Shown: positions 8,500 to 16,965 of the stretch, in pieces
Layout: each line of letters starts with the position of its first letter
Position numbering within the stretch: position 1 is the first letter of the stretch
Source: an uncultured Acidimicrobiia bacterium
GTDB lineage: Bacteria; Actinomycetota; Acidimicrobiia; Acidimicrobiales; CAZWPY01
Assembly: GCA_964635475.1 (NCBI GenBank)
Contig: CAZWPY010000041.1
Location: forward strand, 1 to 23,490
Length of the DNA: 23,490 bases
Direction of reading: 5' to 3'
The notes under the pieces: model-generated
Told to the model about the DNA's origin: nothing
What the model saw: only the letters and a program-made list of their open reading frames with translations
Databases searched by the model: none
Position numbers and translations under genes: made by a program

Positions 8500-9251
8500 C
8501 AAAGACACTCGTACTCATGAAACGGGCGCTTGTTGAGGGCACACGCTCGCTCGAATCGCTCATGCCGGTGTTCTTTATCCCGTTGTTCTTTTTCGTCGTC
8601 AACATTGGGCAGGCCAGCAAGATCTTCCCGAAGGAAGCGACCGACTTTCTCCAGGGTCAGAGTTATGCAGCGTTCTCACTGCCGACCGCGCTGCTCACCG
8701 CGGCGTCGTTCGGCACAGCTGCACTGTTCTTGGTCGAGGAGATCGAGGGCGGCTACTTCGACAAACTTCGAGCAACCCCCGTCGGCCGCAGTTCGATCGT
8801 GCTGGGGCGACTACTCGCCGAGGCCGTGAAGAGCGTGTTTGTCAGCGCCGTGATCGTGCTCGTCGGTATGGCCTTCGGCGTTCGCATCAAATCGGGCATC
8901 GGTGGGTTCTTGCTGCTGGTCGTAATCATGGCCACGTGGGCGACGGTCTTTTCCGGCTTCATGCAGTTGATCGCGATGAAAACTCGCAGCGCCGCCGCCA
9001 CGAACTCGGCCAGCTTCATCTTCTTTCCGCTGTTGTTCCTCACGCCCAACTTTGTGCCGCGAAATCAGCTCACCCGTGCGATGGAGCTTGCGGCGTCGGT
9101 CAACCCCGTCACCTACATCATGGAGGCGGCACGATCGCTCATCCTCAGCGGCTTCGAGTCTGCTGAACTCGGCAAGGCGGCGATCGTGCTCGTCGTCGGC
9201 CTCGCCCTTGCTATCGCCCTCAACGTGAGAGCCATCAACAACTATGACTGA
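8496..9251 (+). CDS. ABC-2 family transporter permease (DrrB-like)
   Basis: About six hydrophobic helices, 251 aa, translationally coupled to the ATPase. Confidence 0.8.
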   Translation: MTKTLVLMKRALVEGTRSLESLMPVFFIPLFFFVVNIGQASKIFPKEATDFLQGQSYAAFSLPTALLTAASFGTAALFLVEEIEGGYFDKLRATPVGRSSIVLGRLLAEAVKSVFVSAVIVLVGMAFGVRIKSGIGGFLLLVVIMATWATVFSGFMQLIAMKTRSAAATNSASFIFFPLLFLTPNFVPRNQLTRAMELAASVNPVTYIMEAARSLILSGFESAELGKAAIVLVVGLALAIALNVRAINNYD

Positions 9252-9300
9252 TTGCCCGTCCACAGTCGGCCGCCTCGCCCGTCATCGATAACGCGCCGCC

Positions 9301-9756
9301 ATGCCGACCAAGCTGGAGAACGTCGGCATAGCGGTGCGCGACATCGAGGCCGCGATTGCGTTTTTCACCGACTTAGGGCTCACTCTGGTGGGGCGCGACA
9401 CAGTGTCTGGCTCGTGGGCCGACCTGGCTGTCGGCCTCGACGGCAACCACGTCCACATCGCGATGCTGCAGACACCCGACGGCAACGGGTGCATCGAGCT
9501 ATTCGAATACATCCATCCCGAGGCGATCGACACCGAGCCCACGGTGCCCAATCACATAGGCATGCACCGCGTCGCCTTTTCCGTCGACGACATCGACGCG
9601 GCCCTAGCCATCGCCGCCCGCCACGGCTGTTTCCCCTTACGAGGTGTTGCCAACTACCGCGACATCTACAAACTCACCTACGTGCGCGGGCCGAGCGGCA
9701 TCATCGTCATGCTCGCCCAGCAGTTAAAGCCCAGCCCCGACGAGCACAGCAACTAG
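9301..9756 (+). CDS. VOC family protein (glyoxalase / bleomycin-resistance / dioxygenase fold)
   Basis: N-terminus MPTKLENVGIAVRDIEAAIAFFTDLGL is the classic VOC beta-alpha-beta-beta-beta opening. 151 aa. Confidence 0.7.
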   Translation: MPTKLENVGIAVRDIEAAIAFFTDLGLTLVGRDTVSGSWADLAVGLDGNHVHIAMLQTPDGNGCIELFEYIHPEAIDTEPTVPNHIGMHRVAFSVDDIDAALAIAARHGCFPLRGVANYRDIYKLTYVRGPSGIIVMLAQQLKPSPDEHSN

Positions 9757-9788
9757 CGACCGACTCGGCTGAGCGGGCGGGCGGGCGG

Positions 9789-11594
9789 CTAGACCTTCAG
9801 GCCCGCGGCCTCGGCTTCCGCGGCCAGGCTGAGCCAACGCTCCTCGGCCGCGTCCACTGCCGCGCCGAGCTCGGCAGCGGCGGCGCCCAGTTCGGCCAGT
9901 TGGTCCACCTCGCCCGCCGCGACCGCCGCGTCGAACTTCATCACGGCCGCATCATGACGGCGCCGCGCCGCGACCACTGCCTTGTCGGCCTCACGCAGTT
10001 CTCGCCCCATCCGCGCACCCGCCTTGCCCGCCGCTCCAGGTCCCGGGGCGCCAGGTCCCGCCGCGCCAGATCCCGCCGCAGCCGCGGCCGCGGGCCCAGT
10101 TGGCCCAACCATGGGCGCCACGGTTGCGCGGCGAGCGCCACGACGTAACTGGTGTTCGGTCTCCCACGCCGCATACCCGCCGGGGTGGCGAGCCGCGCGG
10201 CCGGCGCCGTCGAGCGCGATCACGTCGGCCACCGTACGTTCGAGCAGCGCGCGGTCGTGACTCACCACCACCAGGGCGCCCGGCCACTCGTCAAGGAAGT
10301 CCTCGAGCGCTCGCAGCGTGTCGAGGTCGAGGTCGTTAGTCGGCTCGTCGAGCAATAAAACATTGGGCTTTTGCGCCAACGTCACCAACAACTGCAAGCG
10401 CCGCCGCTCCCCACCCGACAACAAACGCACCGGCGCCCACTGCACGTCGGAGTCGAACCAAAACGCCTCCATCAACGCCGCGTCGGCCCAATCGGGCTCC
10501 CGGTGCGGCCCAACCACAACGTTGCGCACCCGCGCCTCGGGATCGAGGTCGGCTCCGTGTTGATCGAACACTCCGATACGCGCGGTCGGCCCCACCCGTA
10601 CCGATCCGGCGCTGGGCGTTATCCGGCCCGACATGACCGACAGCAACGTCGACTTGCCAGCGCCGTTGAGGCCGACGATACCGAGTCGTTCGCGCGGATC
10701 GAGCGCCAACGACACGTCGCGGAACAACCACTCCCCGTCTGCGAAGCGATGGCCTACGCCATCGAGCTCAACGACGAAGTCACCGAGGCGTGGGGTGCCG
10801 AAGTGCAACGGCAATCCCTCCCCTGCGCGTGCTGCGGCCTTCGGTCGCTCGGCAAGCAACGCCTCGGCCGCCTCGATTCGCGCCCGCGGCTTTGACGTCC
10901 GCGCCGGAGCGCCTCGGCGTAACCACTCCAGCTCGCGCCGGGCCAAGTTGCGCCGCACTTCCTCGGCCACCACTCCCCGACGCTCCCGCTCCGCACGCGC
11001 CGCGACGTAACTCTCGTAACCGCCGTCGTGCACAAAACTCTCGCCGCGATCGAGCTCCACCAGCCGCGTGCACACGCGGTCCAAGAAGTGGCGGTCGTGG
11101 GTGACCATCACCAACGCCCCAGGGAACGACGCGAGCCGTTCCTCGAGCCACGCGACAGCCGCCAAGTCCAAGTGGTTGGTCGGCTCATCGAGCACCAACA
11201 CGTCGCCCGGATCCACGAGCACAGCCGCCAAGGCAAGGCGTTTGCGCTGCCCGCCCGACAGCGTGGCCGGATCGCGATCGAGCAAGTCGCTCACGCCCAG
11301 CCGGTCACACACCGCCGCCAGCTCCCACTCGGCCACACCCGCCGGCCGCACGAACTCGGGCTCCTGCTCGAGCACCACCACCCGCACGCCCCGGGCCCGT
11401 GCGACCGACCCCGACTCGGGCTCGACGTCGCCCGTCAGCACCCGCAACAGGGTCGACTTGCCGCAGCCGTTGATGCCGACCACGCCGATGCGATCGCCAC
11501 GCCGCACGGTGAGCGCCAGCTCCCGGAACAAATCGCGTCCCGGTCGACTGGCGCTCACCCGTTGAGCATCAAGGAGGATGTCGGCCGAACTCAC
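9789..11594 (-). CDS. ABC-F family ATPase (two tandem ABC domains, no TM domain) with C-terminal Ala-rich coiled-coil tail
   Basis: Two full ABC modules: GINGCGKSTLL / LSGGQRKRLAL / LVLDEPTNHLD, then GLNGAGKSTLL / LSGGERRRLQLL / LLLDEPTNDLD. GTG start at 11592-11594 gives the canonical ABC-F N-terminus (SSADILLDAQRVSAS), with GGGAG 10 nt upstream and only 19 nt after the flotillin stop. The ORF track extends to 11741 (alternative ATG at 11648). Confidence 0.75.
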   Translation of the reverse strand: MSSADILLDAQRVSASRPGRDLFRELALTVRRGDRIGVVGINGCGKSTLLRVLTGDVEPESGSVARARGVRVVVLEQEPEFVRPAGVAEWELAAVCDRLGVSDLLDRDPATLSGGQRKRLALAAVLVDPGDVLVLDEPTNHLDLAAVAWLEERLASFPGALVMVTHDRHFLDRVCTRLVELDRGESFVHDGGYESYVAARAERERRGVVAEEVRRNLARRELEWLRRGAPARTSKPRARIEAAEALLAERPKAAARAGEGLPLHFGTPRLGDFVVELDGVGHRFADGEWLFRDVSLALDPRERLGIVGLNGAGKSTLLSVMSGRITPSAGSVRVGPTARIGVFDQHGADLDPEARVRNVVVGPHREPDWADAALMEAFWFDSDVQWAPVRLLSGGERRRLQLLVTLAQKPNVLLLDEPTNDLDLDTLRALEDFLDEWPGALVVVSHDRALLERTVADVIALDGAGRAARHPGGYAAWETEHQLRRGARRATVAPMVGPTGPAAAAAAGSGAAGPGAPGPGAAGKAGARMGRELREADKAVVAARRRHDAAVMKFDAAVAAGEVDQLAELGAAAAELGAAVDAAEERWLSLAAEAEAAGLKV

Positions 11595-11613
11595 GCCAGC
11601 CAGACTCCCACGA

Positions 11614-13659
11614 TCACGAGATCGTGTTGGCGTCCGCCCCTTCGCCATCGTCGCCGTCGATGACGTCGGCATCGCTCGCGTCGGCGCCGCGGGCCGCCCT
11701 CGAGCCCGCGACCCCTTGCAACACAGACCCGTCAGCGGCAAGCCACTTGGTGATCACCGCGGCCAGCGCCTCGACTGAGCCACCGCCGCCACTGCTTACC
11801 AACACGTCGGGCACGATCTTGATGTGGCCATCGCCCACCGCGCCCGCCACAGCAACCGCTGCCGTCGCATCCGTGCCCAGCGCCGCGGCTTGTGCTTCGT
11901 AGCCCTGCGCACGGGCGAGCCCGAGCGCCTCCACGGCCTTGGCTTCCGCGAGACCAAGCGCTTGGCGCTTGTCGGCTTCGGCACGGCCGGTCATCGACAC
12001 GAAGTTGGCCTCACCTTCAGCCTCGGCGGTGCGCGCAGCAGCCCGAGCCTTTTCGATGTCGATCGACACTTGCGCAGAGGCGAGCGACACCTGCATGTCG
12101 GCAGTGCCGCGGGCCTTTTCGAGATCGACACGAACGATCTGTGCGCGCTGTTGCTCCTCGAAGGTCGCCCGTTCCTGATTCGCTATCTCGCGTTGCGTCA
12201 GCACCTGAACAAGTTCCGCAGGGAACTCCACGTCTTGGATGTAGACGCCTTTGGTCTCGACCTCATACGCCTCCAGATAGCGACGCACGGCTTGCAGCGC
12301 CGTGTCTTGCACCTCGTCACGCGTCTCGATGAATCGCACGGCCTCGAGTCGCTGCAAGGTGTTGCGGAAGTGGTTACCCACCGCCGACTGCAAGACCTCG
12401 TTCACGAGATTGCGCATCGTGCCGACCATCGAGATCACTTTCGGCGCACGCGTGTCGGGCACGTGGATCTGCACCTGCAAGTCGATCGTGAACACGAAGC
12501 CTTCTCGGCTCTTGCCCTCGATCGGCGACAAGTGCGCGTCGAGGTTGTGCGCTTGGCTCACGGCCTCGGCCCAGTTGAGCGTGAGGATCGAGGTCGGCAC
12601 GATCTCGGCCGAATAACAACGCGGATTGATCGGGTACTTGCCGGTGCGCAGCGGCTCGGCCCAGATGCCGCGATGGCCGGGGCGCACAATGGAACCGAAT
12701 TTGAACTCGGCGCCGGACGTGTCGAGCGTCGGCAAGCCTACGTAACTCTTGATGACCGCCACTTCGCCTTGGTTCACCACCAACATCGGCACCAGCTCCA
12801 CAGTCACCAAGAAGGGATTGAGCAGGTACGCGCCGTACAACAACGGATCGTGCTGCAAACCGATCTTGCCGCCGGCGTCGAGAAAGGCTTGAAAATCTTG
12901 GTAGTTGTTGTGCAACGTGTTTTTCGAGCCGAGCAACGCCTCGATGATCTGTGCGTCGGGCACGCCAGCCGTTGCTTCCAACGACTCCACGTCGCGGTAC
13001 GCGCCGAGACGGCTCGCGATGTCGCCGGCCTCGAGTGGCTCGCCTTCAAGAGTGGTCACCACGCCCACGACGTCCCGATCGCCCTGCGGCGCAATCACAA
13101 CAACACGTAGCTGGTTCGGCGACAGGCCAAAACTGGCCGGTGTCAGGTTGTCCTGCCCCGCGAACTCCGTGGCAACGGGGATCCCGTAGACCTCCTTGGA
13201 GGTGATCACCAAGAACGCGACGGGATGGATCGGAACCAACGTGCCCGGAGGCAACACCGGCCGCTGCACGCCCTTCATGCCCCCGTTGCCCAAGAACGCG
13301 CCGAGATCAGAGAAGTTCCCAAACGCCGGGCTGTACGCACCCGATTTCGCGCCAATCGGAAGCGGAGCGCCCGCCTGAGCAACCACAACGCCGATGTCGC
13401 CGGCGGGCACTTGCACCCACGGGTGTTTGGCCACCTTGTAGATCGGCCACAATTTGAAACGGAGCCCCGGCATGAGCAACGTGGCTTGATACCCGGCTTC
13501 GCCCTCGAATGCGATCGGGTTGTCCTCGGGCAACTTGCGGCCGAGCCGTTTGGTAACGAGCCCGACCTCGGCCGCGCCAATCGACACGAACGACTTATAA
13601 ATCAACAAAAGAACAAGGGCTGCGACGACCGCTGCCCCTACCAACACTGGCTGGTCCAC
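11614..13659 (-). CDS. flotillin / SPFH (band-7) domain protein, YqiK/FloT-like
   Basis: N-terminal membrane hairpin (VLVGAAVVAALVLLLIY), SPFH core, then a long Ala/Glu/Gln-rich coiled-coil flotillin region (EAEGEANFVSMTGRAEADKRQALGLAEAKAVEALGLARAQGYEAQAAALG). GTG start at 13659 with an excellent SD GAGGAGG 7 nt upstream. Confidence 0.85.
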   Translation of the reverse strand: MDQPVLVGAAVVAALVLLLIYKSFVSIGAAEVGLVTKRLGRKLPEDNPIAFEGEAGYQATLLMPGLRFKLWPIYKVAKHPWVQVPAGDIGVVVAQAGAPLPIGAKSGAYSPAFGNFSDLGAFLGNGGMKGVQRPVLPPGTLVPIHPVAFLVITSKEVYGIPVATEFAGQDNLTPASFGLSPNQLRVVVIAPQGDRDVVGVVTTLEGEPLEAGDIASRLGAYRDVESLEATAGVPDAQIIEALLGSKNTLHNNYQDFQAFLDAGGKIGLQHDPLLYGAYLLNPFLVTVELVPMLVVNQGEVAVIKSYVGLPTLDTSGAEFKFGSIVRPGHRGIWAEPLRTGKYPINPRCYSAEIVPTSILTLNWAEAVSQAHNLDAHLSPIEGKSREGFVFTIDLQVQIHVPDTRAPKVISMVGTMRNLVNEVLQSAVGNHFRNTLQRLEAVRFIETRDEVQDTALQAVRRYLEAYEVETKGVYIQDVEFPAELVQVLTQREIANQERATFEEQQRAQIVRVDLEKARGTADMQVSLASAQVSIDIEKARAAARTAEAEGEANFVSMTGRAEADKRQALGLAEAKAVEALGLARAQGYEAQAAALGTDATAAVAVAGAVGDGHIKIVPDVLVSSGGGGSVEALAAVITKWLAADGSVLQGVAGSRAARGADASDADVIDGDDGEGADANTIS

Positions 13660-13749
13660 CGACCTACCTCCTCAATGGCCGCGAAGTCCACGACCAACTT
13701 CGCACCATAACCAGGCGCATGGTCACCAGCCGAGGAATATCCTCACAAC

Positions 13750-14886
13750 GTGATCACACACGGGGGAATCGCTCGCCGCCACGGCTGGCGGGCAATCGCT
13801 CGCCGCCAGGACTGGCGGGCAATAGCGCTGGCCGCCCTAATCGGCACGGCGGCATCGGCGTGCGGCAACGACTCGCCCACGACCGACCCGAAACAAGCGA
13901 TCGCCGACGCCGTCAAAGCGTGGAACGACGCCGGCTCGGTGCGGGTAAACGCCACGATGGTTCTCGACGGCGCCGTGTTCGGGGGGGCGATGGAGATGAG
14001 CGGGACCGGCACGTTGACCGGCGAGGCCACCTGGTCCGAGTCGCTCGCCTCACGCAGCGCGCTCGACGTCTCGATGGACTCAAGCGAGTCAATCGCGTTC
14101 GGGGCTTCCGGCGAAAGTGTCAAACAATCAGGGCCAGAGAAGAGTCGGCTCGAGATGCTGTTCGTCGATGGCGTGATGTATCAGCGCGGCTACGACGAAA
14201 ACGGTGGCAACGCCGACTTCGCCCTCGACGGAAAGACGTACCCCGTCGAATTGCCAGCGGGCAACAAGTGGGTCGCGGTCGATATCGACTCGCTCGGCGC
14301 GAACACCACCGACCCAATTGCCGCGCTCGGCTCGGAGATGCTCGAGAACTTGCCAGACGTCACTTACGCGGGCCGCGACGATCTCGACGGGCTCGCGACT
14401 CGCAAGTTCCGCGCCTCGGGTGGGCTCGAAATTCTGGCGGGCGTCATGGGCGGTACTACTGATGGCATGGACCCGCTGGACAGCAGCAGCACGGTGCTGC
14501 TGTGGCTCGACAACGACGACCAGCTCGTACAACTCATAGTCGACGCCGAACTCAGCCTCGGCTTCGACGCGTTCGGCGCAGCTTTCGAACAACTCGGCGA
14601 GGCGTTGGCTTGCGACAGCGAAGGCAATCCAACCGGCTCGACCGAACCGACAACGACATCGAAGGCCGAACGCAAAGACGATGATGAAAAGAACGTCGGG
14701 ACGTTCATGTCGATGCGCATGACCGAACGGTTGCGCTTCTCCGATTACGGCACCACCGTCACGATCGAGGCTCCGACTAAGACCACCACGGTCGACAACA
14801 CCGACACCGTGCGCACCGCGTACCAAGCTGCCAAGGATCTAGCCACGGCCTGCGACGAGCCGGAGCAAAAGTCCGACGGCCAATGA
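13750..14886 (+). CDS. secreted lipoprotein, LppX/LprAFG-like (first of three tandem paralogs)
   Basis: Signal peptide with lipobox-like LIGTAASAC. The N-terminal mature region (TTDPKQAIADAVKAWNDAGSVRVNATMVLDG) and the C-terminal motif (LRFSDYGTTVTIEAPTK) parallel M. tuberculosis LprG (...MTLSKWGEKVQVTKPP). It is longer than canonical LppX/LprG (378 vs about 235 aa). GTG start. Confidence 0.6.
   Translation: MITHGGIARRHGWRAIARRQDWRAIALAALIGTAASACGNDSPTTDPKQAIADAVKAWNDAGSVRVNATMVLDGAVFGGAMEMSGTGTLTGEATWSESLASRSALDVSMDSSESIAFGASGESVKQSGPEKSRLEMLFVDGVMYQRGYDENGGNADFALDGKTYPVELPAGNKWVAVDIDSLGANTTDPIAALGSEMLENLPDVTYAGRDDLDGLATRKFRASGGLEILAGVMGGTTDGMDPLDSSSTVLLWLDNDDQLVQLIVDAELSLGFDAFGAAFEQLGEALACDSEGNPTGSTEPTTTSKAERKDDDEKNVGTFMSMRMTERLRFSDYGTTVTIEAPTKTTTVDNTDTVRTAYQAAKDLATACDEPEQKSDGQ
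13767..13820. repeat. 27-bp tandem duplication (2 copies, 3 mismatches) inside the signal-peptide n-region of the first lipoprotein
   Basis: aatcgctcgccgccacggctggcgggc / aatcgctcgccgccaggactggcgggc; it encodes IARRHGWRA / IARRQDWRA. Confidence 0.85.
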
Positions 14887-15926
14887 AGGCGCTCCTAGCG
14901 CTCGGCCTCGCGTTTGGACTGAGCGGCGTTGCTTGTTGCGCCGAAACCGGACCAACGACTGACCCTGACGTCGCCATCGCGAACGCAATTGCGGCCTGGG
15001 ACAAAGCAGGCTCAGTCCGCTACGACGGCACGATCCTGATCGACAACTCGTTCTGGGCGGGAGCTATGCGCACGGCTCAATCTGGAACGGTCAGCGGCGC
15101 GGCTACCTGGCGCGGCGAGCCTGCTTGGTCCCAGGTCATCAACACGAAATACGACGCGCGGCTCCCGGCCGACGCTTGGGGCAAAGACGCCGACGACGAA
15201 TCGTCGTACTTTGAGGTGCGCGCGCTTGCCGATGGCCTCTACCAGCGTTTCGACGACGAGACATCGACGTCCAACGCCCCCGGCGTCTTTGGGGCAATGG
15301 CAGGCGGGCGATGGGTGATGACTCCGTGGGCCGCAGACCTAACGCCCAGTTCGGAACGCTTTCGCCAAAGCACCGGTTTTGGTCCGGAGCTACTCAAGGA
15401 GCTCGGCCGGGTGACCTACGTCGGCCGGGAGGACGTCGGCGGCGTCTCGATGCGGCGATTCCGGGCAAAAGGGGATCCGACAAAGGCCAACGGCTCGAAA
15501 ACTCCCACGCTTTCGAACGACTTCGGAGTTAACAGCGCAACCGCGATCATCTGGCTTGATGACCATGACGTCATGCAACAACTCGTCCTTGAGGAGCAAA
15601 CGGGCCTAAGACCACGCGACTGGGCCGCGGCGTTCGCCGCGCTCGGCTCCGCGCGCACGTGCCCCGAGACATTGACCTCTACCACGACTACTTCCACAAG
15701 CGCCCGCGACTCGGCCCCAGTCGGCTCCGACGTCTTCCTCCTCGCGATGCGGTCGACGATCCGCCTGCGCCTGTCTGACCACGGCACGCAAGTCAGAATC
15801 GAGGCGCCGCCCAAGGACGAGGTCACCGACGGAGGGTCGATGTCTAAGGCGCTCGATGGAATGGCCCGTCGTTTGGGGCAAGCTTTTGTCGACAGCGCAT
15901 GTGACACTGAAGGAGACGGCTCATGA
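14883..15926 (+). CDS. secreted (lipo)protein, LppX/LprAFG-like paralog 2
   Basis: Clearly paralogous to the preceding gene: TTDPDVAIANAIAAWDKAGSVRYDGTILID; C-terminal LRLSDHGTQVRIEAPPK. Signal peptide MKALLALGLAFGLSGVACCA. ATGA overlap with the upstream gene. Confidence 0.6.
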   Translation: MKALLALGLAFGLSGVACCAETGPTTDPDVAIANAIAAWDKAGSVRYDGTILIDNSFWAGAMRTAQSGTVSGAATWRGEPAWSQVINTKYDARLPADAWGKDADDESSYFEVRALADGLYQRFDDETSTSNAPGVFGAMAGGRWVMTPWAADLTPSSERFRQSTGFGPELLKELGRVTYVGREDVGGVSMRRFRAKGDPTKANGSKTPTLSNDFGVNSATAIIWLDDHDVMQQLVLEEQTGLRPRDWAAAFAALGSARTCPETLTSTTTTSTSARDSAPVGSDVFLLAMRSTIRLRLSDHGTQVRIEAPPKDEVTDGGSMSKALDGMARRLGQAFVDSACDTEGDGS

Positions 15927-16846
15927 ATCGGACGAAACTTCGCCTCTCAGTCGTCGCCACTGCAGGCCTCGCCGTGGTCGGTGCCTGCAGTGGCGACGGC
16001 TCGAAATCCGTTGCCATCGCCGACCCGATGGCGCGCGCCGAAGCCGCCGTGGCAGAGCAGGACTCGGTCAGCGTCGAGATGTCAGTTGACGCGGATCTCA
16101 CGACGGAGTTCTTGGGGCAAGAGGTCGCCACACACACCACCACTAGCGGCGAGGGCGAGATCCGGCTCAGGCCCACCCAGCAAGGCCACCTCGACATGAC
16201 CACGACCGTCGATGTCGGCGGATCACCACAACGCCAGAAGGCCGAGATGGTGCTCGACGGGACCGACGCCTACATGAAGATCGGCGGTTTGAGCCTTGCC
16301 GAGTTGGGCGCGCCAAACGCGAAGTGGCTGAAGATGGATCTCAGCGAGCTCGGTGCCAGCGGCGGCCAGACGTATCTCGACACCCTGAAAGGGCTCACCG
16401 ACGTCGACAAGGTGGGCACCGAACGGATTCGCGACACCGACACAATTCATTACAAGGGCAACGTCAACTGGGAGGCGGCCGCAGCCAAAGCCACGACCGA
16501 CACCGCCCGAAAGCTCATCGAAGCGACGAGCAAGGCCATGCCCAACGCAGCAGTCGACGTGTGGATCGACAGCGACAATCGTCCGCGCCGCATGGTCATG
16601 GTGATGGACATGTCGCAACTGGGCGACAACCTCGACGAGATGCTCGACGCGATGGGTATGGGCGAACTCGGCGTGCCGGCCGACGAGATCACCATGTCGG
16701 GCATCCAGACAATACAAATCGACTATGTCGAATACGGCGTCGAGGTCGACGTCGAGATCCCCCCGGCCAACGAGGTGCTCGACAAGAGCCTGTCCGAACT
16801 CATGTCCGACGCCGCCACCGTCGAGACGGGCGAGGGCGCCAGCTAA
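15923..16846 (+). CDS. secreted lipoprotein, LppX/LprAFG-like paralog 3 (more diverged)
   Basis: Signal peptide with lipobox VVGACSG. C-terminal IQIDYVEYGVEVDVEIPPA matches the family C-terminal motif. ATGA overlap with paralog 2. Confidence 0.5.
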   Translation: MNRTKLRLSVVATAGLAVVGACSGDGSKSVAIADPMARAEAAVAEQDSVSVEMSVDADLTTEFLGQEVATHTTTSGEGEIRLRPTQQGHLDMTTTVDVGGSPQRQKAEMVLDGTDAYMKIGGLSLAELGAPNAKWLKMDLSELGASGGQTYLDTLKGLTDVDKVGTERIRDTDTIHYKGNVNWEAAAAKATTDTARKLIEATSKAMPNAAVDVWIDSDNRPRRMVMVMDMSQLGDNLDEMLDAMGMGELGVPADEITMSGIQTIQIDYVEYGVEVDVEIPPANEVLDKSLSELMSDAATVETGEGAS

Positions 16847-16867
16847 CCCCGACCGCTAACCCCGACC
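16842..16867. repeat. 13-bp direct repeat GCTAACCCCGACC x2, spanning the stop codon of paralog 3
   Basis: Direct reading. Followed by GAGCGGCC x2. Confidence 0.8.
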
Positions 16868-16965
16868 CCCAGCCGAGCCGGCGAGCGGCCGAGCGGCCGA
16901 CATTGGCGCGATCTTTTTTCAAACACGTCGGAACCATTCGCGCACCACGGTCGACTAAGACGACC

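Noticed and set aside
9757-9788. (GCGG)n-like run GAGCGGGCGGGCGGGCGG between the convergent VOC and ABC-F genes as a possible terminator or G-quadruplex
   Set aside because: No convincing stem-loop. G-runs of 3 are common in this GC-rich genome. Too weak to call.
9252-10148. 298-aa + strand ORF overlapping the VOC gene and the ABC-F gene
   Set aside because: It is a poly-Arg/His/Pro low-complexity translation, out of frame with the VOC CDS and antisense to the ABC-F. It is a GC-skew artefact.
11824-13110. 428-aa + strand ORF inside the flotillin gene
   Set aside because: Antisense to the well-supported SPFH/flotillin CDS and has no domain signature.
13719-14462. 247-aa + strand ORF overlapping the first lipoprotein in another frame
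   Set aside because: Extremely Arg-rich (RRRR runs). The same DNA encodes a coherent lipoprotein with signal peptide in the adjacent frame.
16324-16902. N-terminal about 190 codons of the 729-aa ORF track entry for the PepSY gene
   Set aside because: This part overlaps lipoprotein paralog 3 in a different frame and is Arg/His-rich nonsense. The PepSY family N-terminus (R..W..HFYAG TM helix) begins after 17050, and in-frame starts exist at 16903 and 16966.
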